In this document: piece after piece, positions 10,121-18,616 of the stretch
Position numbering within the stretch: position 1 is the stretch's first letter
Layout of the letters: every line of letters begins with the position of its first letter
From: Bdellovibrionales bacterium
GTDB lineage: Bacteria > Bdellovibrionota > Bdellovibrionia > Bdellovibrionales > CAYMLA01
Assembly: GCA_965217115.1 (NCBI GenBank)
Contig: OZ244239.1
Location: 1,088,001-1,152,000, forward strand
Reading direction: 5' to 3'
DNA: 64,000 nucleotides
The notes under the pieces: generated by a model
The model's database searches: none
The model's input: the letters and a program-made list of their open reading frames with translations, nothing else
Told to the model about the DNA's origin: nothing
Made by a program: the position numbers and the translations under genes

Positions 10121-11152
10121 TTAGAATCCGTACTTCTTTCTTATCTTCTCTATAAAAACCTTTCCTGAATCATAGCCTCTTTTTATCATCTCATGGCGTA
10201 AATCATGATTAGTAAGAGAAAACTCTTGCATGTTTATATTCAAAAACTCATCCACAGAAGATTTCTGAGAATTTAACAGCTCAAAACCCTGTTGCCACAA
10301 TAATTGAGTTTCAAATTTTAGATTTTTTCTAAACGTATCCAATGGTTGATTCTCTTGCAAGAGATTTATAAAAAACACTCGATTAACACCCGCCTCTTTT
10401 AATTTATCCACAGAAGCCTTAAGGGCAAAAACCCCTGCCACCTGGTTTCCGTGAGGGCGATAATAAGGGGGATAGCTCAAACAGCTTTTAAGAATTTGTC
10501 TGTACTCTCCCTTGTCATGCCAAATAACTCTCGATAGTTTCGAGAGATCACGGGATGGACAGGCAAAAAATAACTGGGATTCCTCAACAACACTCTTAGA
10601 AAACACATCGTCTAAATAAGAACTCAAGCTCTGTGCACCTGTCATTTTTATTTTTGATGACATCAACTCTGAACTTGGTAAATAGTTCTTTTTTAATTTA
10701 AGCATTTGCCATTCCACATCAAAAGCCTCGCCCTTGCGTGCATAAAAAGCAGCCACCAAACCACCCCATTCCAAACCGACAACGGCCGTTACTGGAATTT
10801 TCTCCTCCTCAAAAGCCTTTAAAAGCCCAACATGGGCAAATGCTCGCAAAACTCCTGGCCCTAAGACCAGTCCCACACGTAAATTTTCCCCATCGGGAAT
10901 GATCGAAAGCAACTGCTGTCCACTAATATCAACTTGAAGATTCTGGCTATCAACAGCCTTTCGGCCCCCAAAATGATCTCTGTTCAGGTTTCTTACTTTA
11001 TCAATAGTCACTTCAGAAGAGAGCCGCCCATCTAACGTCCCACAGGCGTTGAAGAGCAGCAATGCTCCTAACGCTCCCAATACCCTAAAAAAACTAAAAA
11101 TCCTCTTTGCCATCGATTCTCTTACCATAGAAAAAAAACTCCCCATTTCCAT
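10121..11152 (-). CDS. Patatin-fold lipoprotein, apparently non-catalytic
   Basis: Lipobox LFNAC (start may be ATG 11113); LVLGPGVLRAFAHVGLL; GLEWG replaces GxSxG. Confidence 0.7.
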   Translation of the reverse strand: MEMGSFFSMVRESMAKRIFSFFRVLGALGALLLFNACGTLDGRLSSEVTIDKVRNLNRDHFGGRKAVDSQNLQVDISGQQLLSIIPDGENLRVGLVLGPGVLRAFAHVGLLKAFEEEKIPVTAVVGLEWGGLVAAFYARKGEAFDVEWQMLKLKKNYLPSSELMSSKIKMTGAQSLSSYLDDVFSKSVVEESQLFFACPSRDLSKLSRVIWHDKGEYRQILKSCLSYPPYYRPHGNQVAGVFALKASVDKLKEAGVNRVFFINLLQENQPLDTFRKNLKFETQLLWQQGFELLNSQKSSVDEFLNINMQEFSLTNHDLRHEMIKRGYDSGKVFIEKIRKKYGF

Positions 11153-11166
11153 CTCACATAGAAATC

Positions 11167-12024
11167 TTATTCAATTCTGCTCTCATTGTAATCAATAATT
11201 TCTTTTAAATAAGATTTTGTAGAGTTCGTTTTTCCGTTAAACTCCACACTCTGCCTGGCTTTGTCTGATAATTTTTTTAAAAAAACACGGGATTCATCTA
11301 TTCCTACCAACCCAGGGTAACTTCCTTTTTCAATATCATTTAAGTCGTAGTCTAAAATATCATCGGCCACCTGAAAAGCCAGCCCCAAATAACGACCATA
11401 GTTTTTCAAACTCTCCATGTCTTTTTCCTCAGCCTGGCAAATCAATGCCGCTCCCTCAATCGCACAGCTAATAAGAGCCCCTGTTTTCAAAGAATGTAAT
11501 TCGTTGAGTTGAGCCATATTCTCAAGTCCCTGCACCTGGACCTTTAAATCAATCGCCTGGCCTCCGACCATCCCTTCAATGCCTGAACTTTTTCCCAAAA
11601 GCTGCACCAGCTTTACAACAAGATCAGAGTTGTAGGAATAGTGTTTAGCCACGACACAAAAAGCCTCTGCTAAAAGCGCATCTCCTGCAAGTAAGGCAGT
11701 GTCCTCTCCAAAGACACGGTGATTACTCGGCTGTCCTCGACGCAAATCATCATTATCCATAGATGGTAAATCATCGTGAATCAAAGAAAATGTATGCACA
11801 AACTCCACTGCACAGGCGAAAGGAAGGGTTTTTTCTTTGTCACCACCTAGAGTTTCTGCCACATGTAAGCTCAAAAGCGGGCGAAAACGCTTGCCGCCAT
11901 TATTGATTGAGTAGTTCACGGCCTCAACCAAGGATTTTACACCACATGATTTGGATATGTTTTTTTTATCCCAATAATCACGGGCAAAATGATCAATCAA
12001 TACCAAGAGATCTTTCACTGTCAC
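11167..12024 (-). CDS. ispA: Farnesyl diphosphate synthase / geranyltranstransferase
   Basis: GGKRFRP, LIHDDLPSMDNDDLRRG, KTGALI, FQVADDILD. Confidence 0.95.
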   Translation of the reverse strand: MTVKDLLVLIDHFARDYWDKKNISKSCGVKSLVEAVNYSINNGGKRFRPLLSLHVAETLGGDKEKTLPFACAVEFVHTFSLIHDDLPSMDNDDLRRGQPSNHRVFGEDTALLAGDALLAEAFCVVAKHYSYNSDLVVKLVQLLGKSSGIEGMVGGQAIDLKVQVQGLENMAQLNELHSLKTGALISCAIEGAALICQAEEKDMESLKNYGRYLGLAFQVADDILDYDLNDIEKGSYPGLVGIDESRVFLKKLSDKARQSVEFNGKTNSTKSYLKEIIDYNESRIE

Positions 12025-12239
12025 TCTTCCTCAAATTTTTCAAATTGACCCTTTCCTTTCCCATCGATTTCAATCAGTTTTTGTACTTTTAACTCAGCCT
12101 GCTCCAAGCTCTTATGACAGGAACGAGAAGTTTTCACTCCCTCTTCAAACAATTTCAACGAATCATCTAAGGACAGTTCTCCCTCTTCCATTTCGCTAAC
12201 AATTTGCTCTAAACGAGTTAAACTTTTTTCAAAATCCAT
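12021..12239 (-). CDS. xseB: Exodeoxyribonuclease VII small subunit
   Basis: FEKSLTRLEQIVSEME...LSLDDSLKLFEEG...AELKV; between xseA and ispA. Confidence 0.95.
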   Translation of the reverse strand: MDFEKSLTRLEQIVSEMEEGELSLDDSLKLFEEGVKTSRSCHKSLEQAELKVQKLIEIDGKGKGQFEKFEEE

Positions 12240-12347
12240 CTACAACTCCTGATTGTTTTGTTCCCATTTAAGCCTGCCTCAAAGGGGGTTCTTTCAACGC
12301 TTTTATAAAATCCCACTCTCAACTAAAAAAACATCTTTGAAGAAGAG

Positions 12348-13703
12348 TTAAGTCGCTACATTGTTTTTTATCGTTTTTACCTCAGCAGTAGCGCTGCCAC
12401 AGGCCATGCGCAGATTAATCCTTTCACCAACACTTACATCCTTCACGTCTTTTATCACTTGCCCTGATTCATTTGTCACTAAGGAATAACCCCGTTCAAC
12501 CACCCTCAAAGGGCTCAAAGAGTTTAATAGGGCCTTCTGAGTCTCTATTTTTTTTGTTTTCTTTTCCAATAGCTCCCTTGTCAATACTGGTAACCTTCGT
12601 TCTGAATTTTTTAACCTAAGCTCCATTCTCTCTAATAAATATCGTGGAGAAATTAGCTTTTCTCTTAGAACGCTCACTTGATAAAGTCTCTCCTTGATTT
12701 GATTCTCCATGACAACACTTAACCTATGTTGTAAGTCATCACAGCGAATCGATAGATCTTCTAATCGTTTTTTAGGGTCAATAAGACTCTTTTCTAGGAG
12801 CTGCCATTGACGTCTTTTCTCAATAACACGAAAAGTCACGCTCTTGAGCAAGGTTCTCTCTAAAGATTTTAGTTTTTCCTCTAATTCTAATTCACTTTTA
12901 ATAACTATTTCAGCCGCAGCCGAAGGAGTTGGTGCTCGCAAGTCGGCAACAAAATCAGCAATAGTGAAATCAATTTCATGTCCCACAGCTGAAATCACAG
13001 GAACAGAAGCGTCGGAAATCGCCCTTGCCACAGACTCTTCATTAAAACACCAGAGATCCTCTATAGACCCCCCACCCCTTGCCAAAATCAAAACATCTAG
13101 ATCTTTTAATCTTTGGGCCAGTTGTATGCCTTTGACAATGTCACTTGAGGCTTGTTTTCCCTGAACAAGAGAGGGAATGACTGTTAAGCAAATGCCCTTG
13201 TTTCTGCGACTTAAAACATTCACCATATCACGAATAGCCGCCCCTGTGGGGGATGTCACAACAGCTATGTGTCGTGGCCACGCGGGAAGATCCTTTTTGT
13301 TTTCTTTAGAAAACATCCCCTCTTCTTTGAGCTTGTTCTTTAATTTTTCAAAAGCCTCTTGCAAGTCTCCTTCACCAACTCTCTGTATCTCTTCACAGAC
13401 AATTTGATAATTTCCTCTCGGTTCATAAACGGTGACTCTGGCTCTGATCACCACCTCTATCCCATCTTTGGGTTTAAAGGAGAGTCGAGAGTTGTAACCC
13501 CTAAACATCACAGCACTGATTTGAGAGTTTTGATCTTTAAGACTAAAATAAAAATGCCCCGAGGTGTGGGCTTTGAAATTAGAGATTTCTCCTCTGACCC
13601 AAATCAAAGGAAATTCACCCTCAATCATTGACTTGATCGAACGGTTCAAAGAGGACACCGTTAAAATGGATTTACAGTCTTGAAATTTCTTCCCTTGAAT
13701 CAT
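12348..13703 (-). CDS. xseA: Exodeoxyribonuclease VII large subunit
   Basis: GEISNF, SGHFYFSLKD, TSPTGAAIRD, RGGGSIEDLW, GHEIDFT, APTPSAAAE. Confidence 0.97.
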   Translation of the reverse strand: MIQGKKFQDCKSILTVSSLNRSIKSMIEGEFPLIWVRGEISNFKAHTSGHFYFSLKDQNSQISAVMFRGYNSRLSFKPKDGIEVVIRARVTVYEPRGNYQIVCEEIQRVGEGDLQEAFEKLKNKLKEEGMFSKENKKDLPAWPRHIAVVTSPTGAAIRDMVNVLSRRNKGICLTVIPSLVQGKQASSDIVKGIQLAQRLKDLDVLILARGGGSIEDLWCFNEESVARAISDASVPVISAVGHEIDFTIADFVADLRAPTPSAAAEIVIKSELELEEKLKSLERTLLKSVTFRVIEKRRQWQLLEKSLIDPKKRLEDLSIRCDDLQHRLSVVMENQIKERLYQVSVLREKLISPRYLLERMELRLKNSERRLPVLTRELLEKKTKKIETQKALLNSLSPLRVVERGYSLVTNESGQVIKDVKDVSVGERINLRMACGSATAEVKTIKNNVAT

Positions 13704-13882
13704 GCCTGAATTTACTTAGATTCACTCTCTATGGCAATTATTTCCTGCTTTAACCCACTTAGATTTGTCTAGGACACAGCACACATCAAGGCTTCGTAAC
13801 AAAAAACCAGTCTTGATTCTAGAATTAATACAGATGTTATTTTTTCTTTCCCTATTTCACTAAACTTTGCTAGACTTATATG

Positions 13883-14057
13883 TGTTCGCTGCAGATGAAA
13901 CTCTGTAAAAAAGAACTCTACTCTGATTTATTTAGGAGGCCGTCACTGGTAATGGTGAGCAAGCCCTACTCGTATAGGGAAGCCTAAAGTTGCTACAATG
14001 GTTGTTCCGCTTTTAAAAAAGTAAATTGGGTTCTTTATACAGGGTGCTCTAGCAGCG
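13883..14057 (+). ncRNA. ssrS: 6S RNA (probable)
   Basis: ~175 nt rod: CGCTGCAGA/TCTAGCAGCG closing stem, CTCTGTA/TACAGGG, AAAGAAC/GTTCTTT, central bubble, TTTAGG/CCTAAA; GTGTTCGC, GGTGAGCAAGC, GAAGCCTAAA, GGGTTC resemble E. coli 6S segments; extended -10 TGcTAGACT upstream, T-run downstream. Confidence 0.75.
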
Positions 14058-14101
14058 TTTTTTTTCGCTTGCCAATACTTTTGACAAAACACGGAAGTTC
14101 A

Positions 14102-14120
14102 ACGTTTCATTTTGAGACGT
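14102..14120. promoter_or_regulatory. Palindromic putative enhancer (bEBP UAS)
   Basis: ACGTTTCATTTTGAGACGT near-perfect inverted repeat ~75 bp upstream of a sigma54 motif. Confidence 0.5.
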
Positions 14121-14191
14121 CAATAATTTAATCAGCCTCAAACCCTTGAAACAAACTGCTTTTCACAGAAAAACAATCTTCCGCCCTAAAT

Positions 14192-14207
14192 TGGCACTGC
14201 ACTTGCT
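14192..14207 (+). promoter_or_regulatory. Sigma54 (-24/-12) promoter
   Basis: TGGCAC-TGCAC-TTGCT, consensus match 45 bp before ORF 14252. Confidence 0.8.
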
Positions 14208-14251
14208 CCGATAGAGGTTGTGGTTGTTAACATTTTTTTAGGAGCTTTATA

Positions 14252-15823
14252 ATGATGAACTCTTTTTCTCTTTTAGCTTTGGTCTCTACGATCCTGTTTT
14301 CTAGTCCCACTCTCAGAGCTAACCCACCTGTTGCAGCTGTTGCAAATCTTGACTACAAGAAGCTATATAAATTCTGCGAAGATAAATCAAAGAAGCTGAT
14401 AAAACCAGATAGAAGAACAGATAAAACGGATGAAGAGATAATTGGGATGTGTTTTGACAAATTGAGTGATCGACACTACGGCGACTCTAAGAACAAATGC
14501 CCCGACCTGAAGGAAAAATTCCACGCCGCGAACAAAGATTTTACAGAGGCTTGTAAATCGGTTAATGGATCTGGACTCGAGTGCAGAAATAAATATATGA
14601 AGTGTCGCAATGTCCTTACTCAGTACAGGACTTATAACAGTGATAAAACTCGCATTCTCAATGATGAATACGCCACCTATGACGACCTCGATGGGCTGGA
14701 TGATGGAATCAAGACCGCCCTGGAAGAAGGCGACGAGATATGGTCTTCTGCGAAATTAGGTGATAAGTGCCCTGAGATTTCTACAGCAAATTTTAAAGAA
14801 TCTCTAAAGGAGCAAGAAGAGAAAATAAAAAACGCTAAAGAACAAATCGTCAAAGTAAATAAAGAAGATGCCGACTCAAAATCAGCTCAAGCTTCCTTCG
14901 AGCAAAAAAAACGTGCAACGGAGAAAGCCCGCCTCGCTAGTTTAGAGACGATTATAGCCAAACTACAAGACAGAATTCACTCCGCCAATGATCGTCTTAG
15001 GAGAGAGACCATAAGAAACTACAAGGAACAGATTCTCTCAGAAAAGAGCCTCGATGACATTGTCAACGAACGAGCTACGATTTTGACAAAGAAGGCAATG
15101 GACAGATTGGACCTTGCCAGTGACTGTCGCACTATCTATCAAAATAATTTAGACAAAGCTGAAGACAGCTGGAACAAGATAGGGAGAACCTCTTCTCAAT
15201 TCAGATCAAGCAGACAGGGCCTTGCTTCAACATTGTCTGTCAAATCCTCTAAAAGAGATTTCTTTCGAAAAAAAGTTCGGATTCCCTACAGGCGCTGTCT
15301 TAAAAAGGCTTCATTAAAAAAGAAAATTATTAATAACGCTGTGGAGCTTAAGCTTAAAGCAAACACGAATAAATACAATGCGACTCTTAAAAACCACAAG
15401 CGTATCGCTGCTTCACAATCTAACAATCTCATCTCCTTTGACGAACAGATACACAGCTTAAAAAGCCAAGAAGCCAATTCTAAAAAAGAATACGAGAACC
15501 TTCTACAAACTCTTGAGGAAGAAGCTATGACTCAACGCTTTGACGCCATTAGTGCTAGTCAAGCAACAATGTCCAAATTAAACCTTGCCAATCAAGACTT
15601 GAATCTTGCCACAAATTCTCTGGCTGAATTAAGAATGATTGGAACAAAAAGTCGTGACGTTGCTAGTAGCCACACAGATATCCCTAGTAAACGTGATGAG
15701 GTTGTCCACAGACACGCCGCTTTAGAGACTGCAGCCTGCGAACCGGCCGCTCTACCTGGGTACATTGGAAGTGACAGTGATTGGGGGAGGAAAAAAGAGA
15801 CGAAGGCGATTAAAGAGAATTAA
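14252..15823 (+). CDS. Secreted hypothetical protein, Cys-containing N-domain plus long coiled coil
   Basis: Signal peptide (LLALVSTILFSSPTLRA), AGGAG RBS, K/E/A heptad-rich; no recognisable family. Confidence 0.7.
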   Translation: MMNSFSLLALVSTILFSSPTLRANPPVAAVANLDYKKLYKFCEDKSKKLIKPDRRTDKTDEEIIGMCFDKLSDRHYGDSKNKCPDLKEKFHAANKDFTEACKSVNGSGLECRNKYMKCRNVLTQYRTYNSDKTRILNDEYATYDDLDGLDDGIKTALEEGDEIWSSAKLGDKCPEISTANFKESLKEQEEKIKNAKEQIVKVNKEDADSKSAQASFEQKKRATEKARLASLETIIAKLQDRIHSANDRLRRETIRNYKEQILSEKSLDDIVNERATILTKKAMDRLDLASDCRTIYQNNLDKAEDSWNKIGRTSSQFRSSRQGLASTLSVKSSKRDFFRKKVRIPYRRCLKKASLKKKIINNAVELKLKANTNKYNATLKNHKRIAASQSNNLISFDEQIHSLKSQEANSKKEYENLLQTLEEEAMTQRFDAISASQATMSKLNLANQDLNLATNSLAELRMIGTKSRDVASSHTDIPSKRDEVVHRHAALETAACEPAALPGYIGSDSDWGRKKETKAIKEN

Positions 15824-15926
15824 ATAAATCACCGCAGCTTCATCCCTTTTAGAGAGACTCAAGCCAGCCTCAATGACGCTGAATAGCTCCCCTTGAATTA
15901 ACTTCTAATGCTGCTATAGTTCACCT

Positions 15927-18614
15927 ATGAAAAAGCTCATTTTATCCCTGTGTGCCGTTGCCTTCCTAATGATCGTGGTTGGAGCCACCACTCTTTTTTA
16001 CATCTCCTCCAACCTTCCACAGATCGTGACCGTGGAAGACTATGAGCCTCTACTGGTTTCAGAGGTTTACGATCGCAACAATGAGAAGATCGGGAATTTT
16101 TTCCGTGAAAAAAGAACTCTTGTCCCTTTTAACGAAATCCCCCCCATGATTATTGACGCCTTCATCTCTGCCGAAGACTCACAGTTCTACGAACATAGTG
16201 GTATTAACTACATCTCCATCTTTCGCGCCTTCATTGCCAATCTCAGAGCGGGACGCAAAGTTCAAGGTGGCTCCACCATCACCCAACAAACTGCAAAATC
16301 TATTTTGTTGTCTCCTGAAAAAACCATTATTCGTAAAATCAAAGAAGCCATTCTCGCTCAACGCATGGAGGCCCATCTTAGCAAAGAAGACATTCTCTAT
16401 CTCTACCTGAATCAAATCTATTTTGGACAGGGGGCCTACGGTATTAAAGAGGCTGCTAAAACCTATTTTCGTAAAGACATCAATGAACTCTCCCTCGGAG
16501 AGGTTGCCGTTCTAGCTGGCCTCCCAAAAGCTCCCAGTCGCTATTCGCCTACTCGCAATCCAAAGAAAGCTAAACAACGACAGAACTATGTTCTTAGTCG
16601 CATGGTCACCACGGGAGTTATCAGCCAGGAGCAAGCGGAGAGAGAGCAGAGCACTCCTCTTGTTGTTTACACAAGACAGGATTTTCAGAAAACAGCTCCC
16701 TTTTATTTAGAAACTATTCGTCAGATTTTAGTTGAGCGCCTTGGAGAATCTCAAATTCTCGACAAAGGACTCCGCATTTACACAGGACTAGATATTAACA
16801 AACAAATCTCCGCCCAGAAAGAAGTTAAAAAGGGGTTGCGAAATCTAGACAAGCGACAGGGATATCGCGGGGTCGACAGTCATATTGAGGATCCACTCAA
16901 ATACACAGCTTTTTTGATGGAAGAACGTAAACATCTTATCAAGAAAAGCTCTCCCCTGCGCACAATCATGCCCGACGGCACCATCCCTCAGCCCGATTTA
17001 CTCGATCGTGAAACAAACTTAGACAGCAATAACAAACCTCTGCCAAACATTCCCCCCTATTTAGAAATCGGCCAAATCACCAAGGGTATTGTCACTCATA
17101 TTGACAATAATTGGGGGCTTGTTTCCATAGAGATTCCTGAGGGAAAAGGTCTTATCGATTTTGAAACTATGAAGTGGGCCAGAGAACCCAACCCTAATAT
17201 TCGATTTAATCTCGACGAAATTTCCTCCCCATCCCAAGCTCTTAAAGTCGGAGACGTTATTAAAATTCAAATACAGGGGCAAAGATTTTACTCTTCAGAG
17301 ATTAATAAACGTCTTATCAAGATGAAGCGCACTCAAAAAGAGAACTACAAAAGGCCCGAAGAGCTGCCTGATTTTAAAAATTATATTCGTTTAACTTTAG
17401 AGCAAGATCCCATTGCCGAAGGGGCTTTGATTTCCTTTGATCAAGAAACTGAAGATATTCTCTCTATGGTAGGAGGTTATGACTTTAAACGCTCTCAATT
17501 TAACCGTACCATTCAAGCCGTCCGTCAAACAGGTTCTTCTTTTAAGGCCGTTGTCTATGCTGCAGCTCTTGATAAGAACTACACTCCTGCCACGCCCATC
17601 ATAGACGCTCCCATCGTTCATTCCGATGTGATCGAAGAAGAGCAGGGTGGGGAGTCTATTGTTAAAAAATGGAAACCTCTTAACCATTCAAAAAAGTTTT
17701 CAGGTGATGTTCTTTTCCGAAATGCGCTTATTCGTTCAAAAAACGTTCCCACAATTAGGGTCACTGATGATATCGGCGTAAACTGGATCACCAACTACGC
17801 TCGACGACTAGGTATTTTCAGCCCTCTTAATTTAGACTTAACCATCGGTCTCGGCACAAGTGGTATCACCCTTTATGAGATGACTAAGGTTTTTTCCCAT
17901 TTCGGTCGCATGGGAAAACGTATTCGCCCTGTACTGATTCACAGAGTGGAAGATCGTAATGGAACTGAATTAAACAACAAGATATCCTTGGATATTCGTT
18001 TCGATAAGGAAATTAAAGAATCTGATAACCTCTTTGAGGAAAAAAGACTCCAGTATCTCTCATCGCAAGAAGAAGAAGAAAACAAAGAAGAAAATCAAAA
18101 TCTTCCTCCTCTGTTTTTTGATGACCCCGACCAATTACTTAGACCCACAACAGCTTATTTAATCACAAGCATTCTTCAGGGCTCTATCTCAGAAAGAGGC
18201 GGGACAGGAGGTCTTGCTCGTTCACTTGGCCGTGTAGTTGCTGGTAAAACAGGCTCGACAAGTAATTATTACGATGCCTGGTTTATTGGTTACTCTTCAC
18301 AGATAGCGACAGGCGTTTGGATAGGATTTGATGAAGAACGTTCTCTGGGAAAAAGTGAAGTCGGTGGACGTTCAGCTCTTCCCATTTGGGTCGGTTACAT
18401 GAAATCATCCCATGAAGACATTCCCAACACCAGCTTTCCAACTCCCGAAGGAATTGTTTTTGCCAATATTGACAATGACACTGGTAAACTCGCTTCAGCT
18501 AAAACTAAAACTGTCGTGCGCCAAGCTTTTCTCGATGGAACCGAACCAAAAAGTAGCACCAATAATACATCCGAAGAAGATGAAGAGGCGTCTTTTTATA
18601 AAGACGATCTCTAA
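15927..18614 (+). CDS. mrcA: Penicillin-binding protein 1A
   Basis: AEDSQFYEHSG, QGGSTITQQ, RKIKE; transpeptidase SSFK, SKN, KTG. Confidence 0.95.
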   Translation: MKKLILSLCAVAFLMIVVGATTLFYISSNLPQIVTVEDYEPLLVSEVYDRNNEKIGNFFREKRTLVPFNEIPPMIIDAFISAEDSQFYEHSGINYISIFRAFIANLRAGRKVQGGSTITQQTAKSILLSPEKTIIRKIKEAILAQRMEAHLSKEDILYLYLNQIYFGQGAYGIKEAAKTYFRKDINELSLGEVAVLAGLPKAPSRYSPTRNPKKAKQRQNYVLSRMVTTGVISQEQAEREQSTPLVVYTRQDFQKTAPFYLETIRQILVERLGESQILDKGLRIYTGLDINKQISAQKEVKKGLRNLDKRQGYRGVDSHIEDPLKYTAFLMEERKHLIKKSSPLRTIMPDGTIPQPDLLDRETNLDSNNKPLPNIPPYLEIGQITKGIVTHIDNNWGLVSIEIPEGKGLIDFETMKWAREPNPNIRFNLDEISSPSQALKVGDVIKIQIQGQRFYSSEINKRLIKMKRTQKENYKRPEELPDFKNYIRLTLEQDPIAEGALISFDQETEDILSMVGGYDFKRSQFNRTIQAVRQTGSSFKAVVYAAALDKNYTPATPIIDAPIVHSDVIEEEQGGESIVKKWKPLNHSKKFSGDVLFRNALIRSKNVPTIRVTDDIGVNWITNYARRLGIFSPLNLDLTIGLGTSGITLYEMTKVFSHFGRMGKRIRPVLIHRVEDRNGTELNNKISLDIRFDKEIKESDNLFEEKRLQYLSSQEEEENKEENQNLPPLFFDDPDQLLRPTTAYLITSILQGSISERGGTGGLARSLGRVVAGKTGSTSNYYDAWFIGYSSQIATGVWIGFDEERSLGKSEVGGRSALPIWVGYMKSSHEDIPNTSFPTPEGIVFANIDNDTGKLASAKTKTVVRQAFLDGTEPKSSTNNTSEEDEEASFYKDDL

Positions 18615-18616
18615 AC

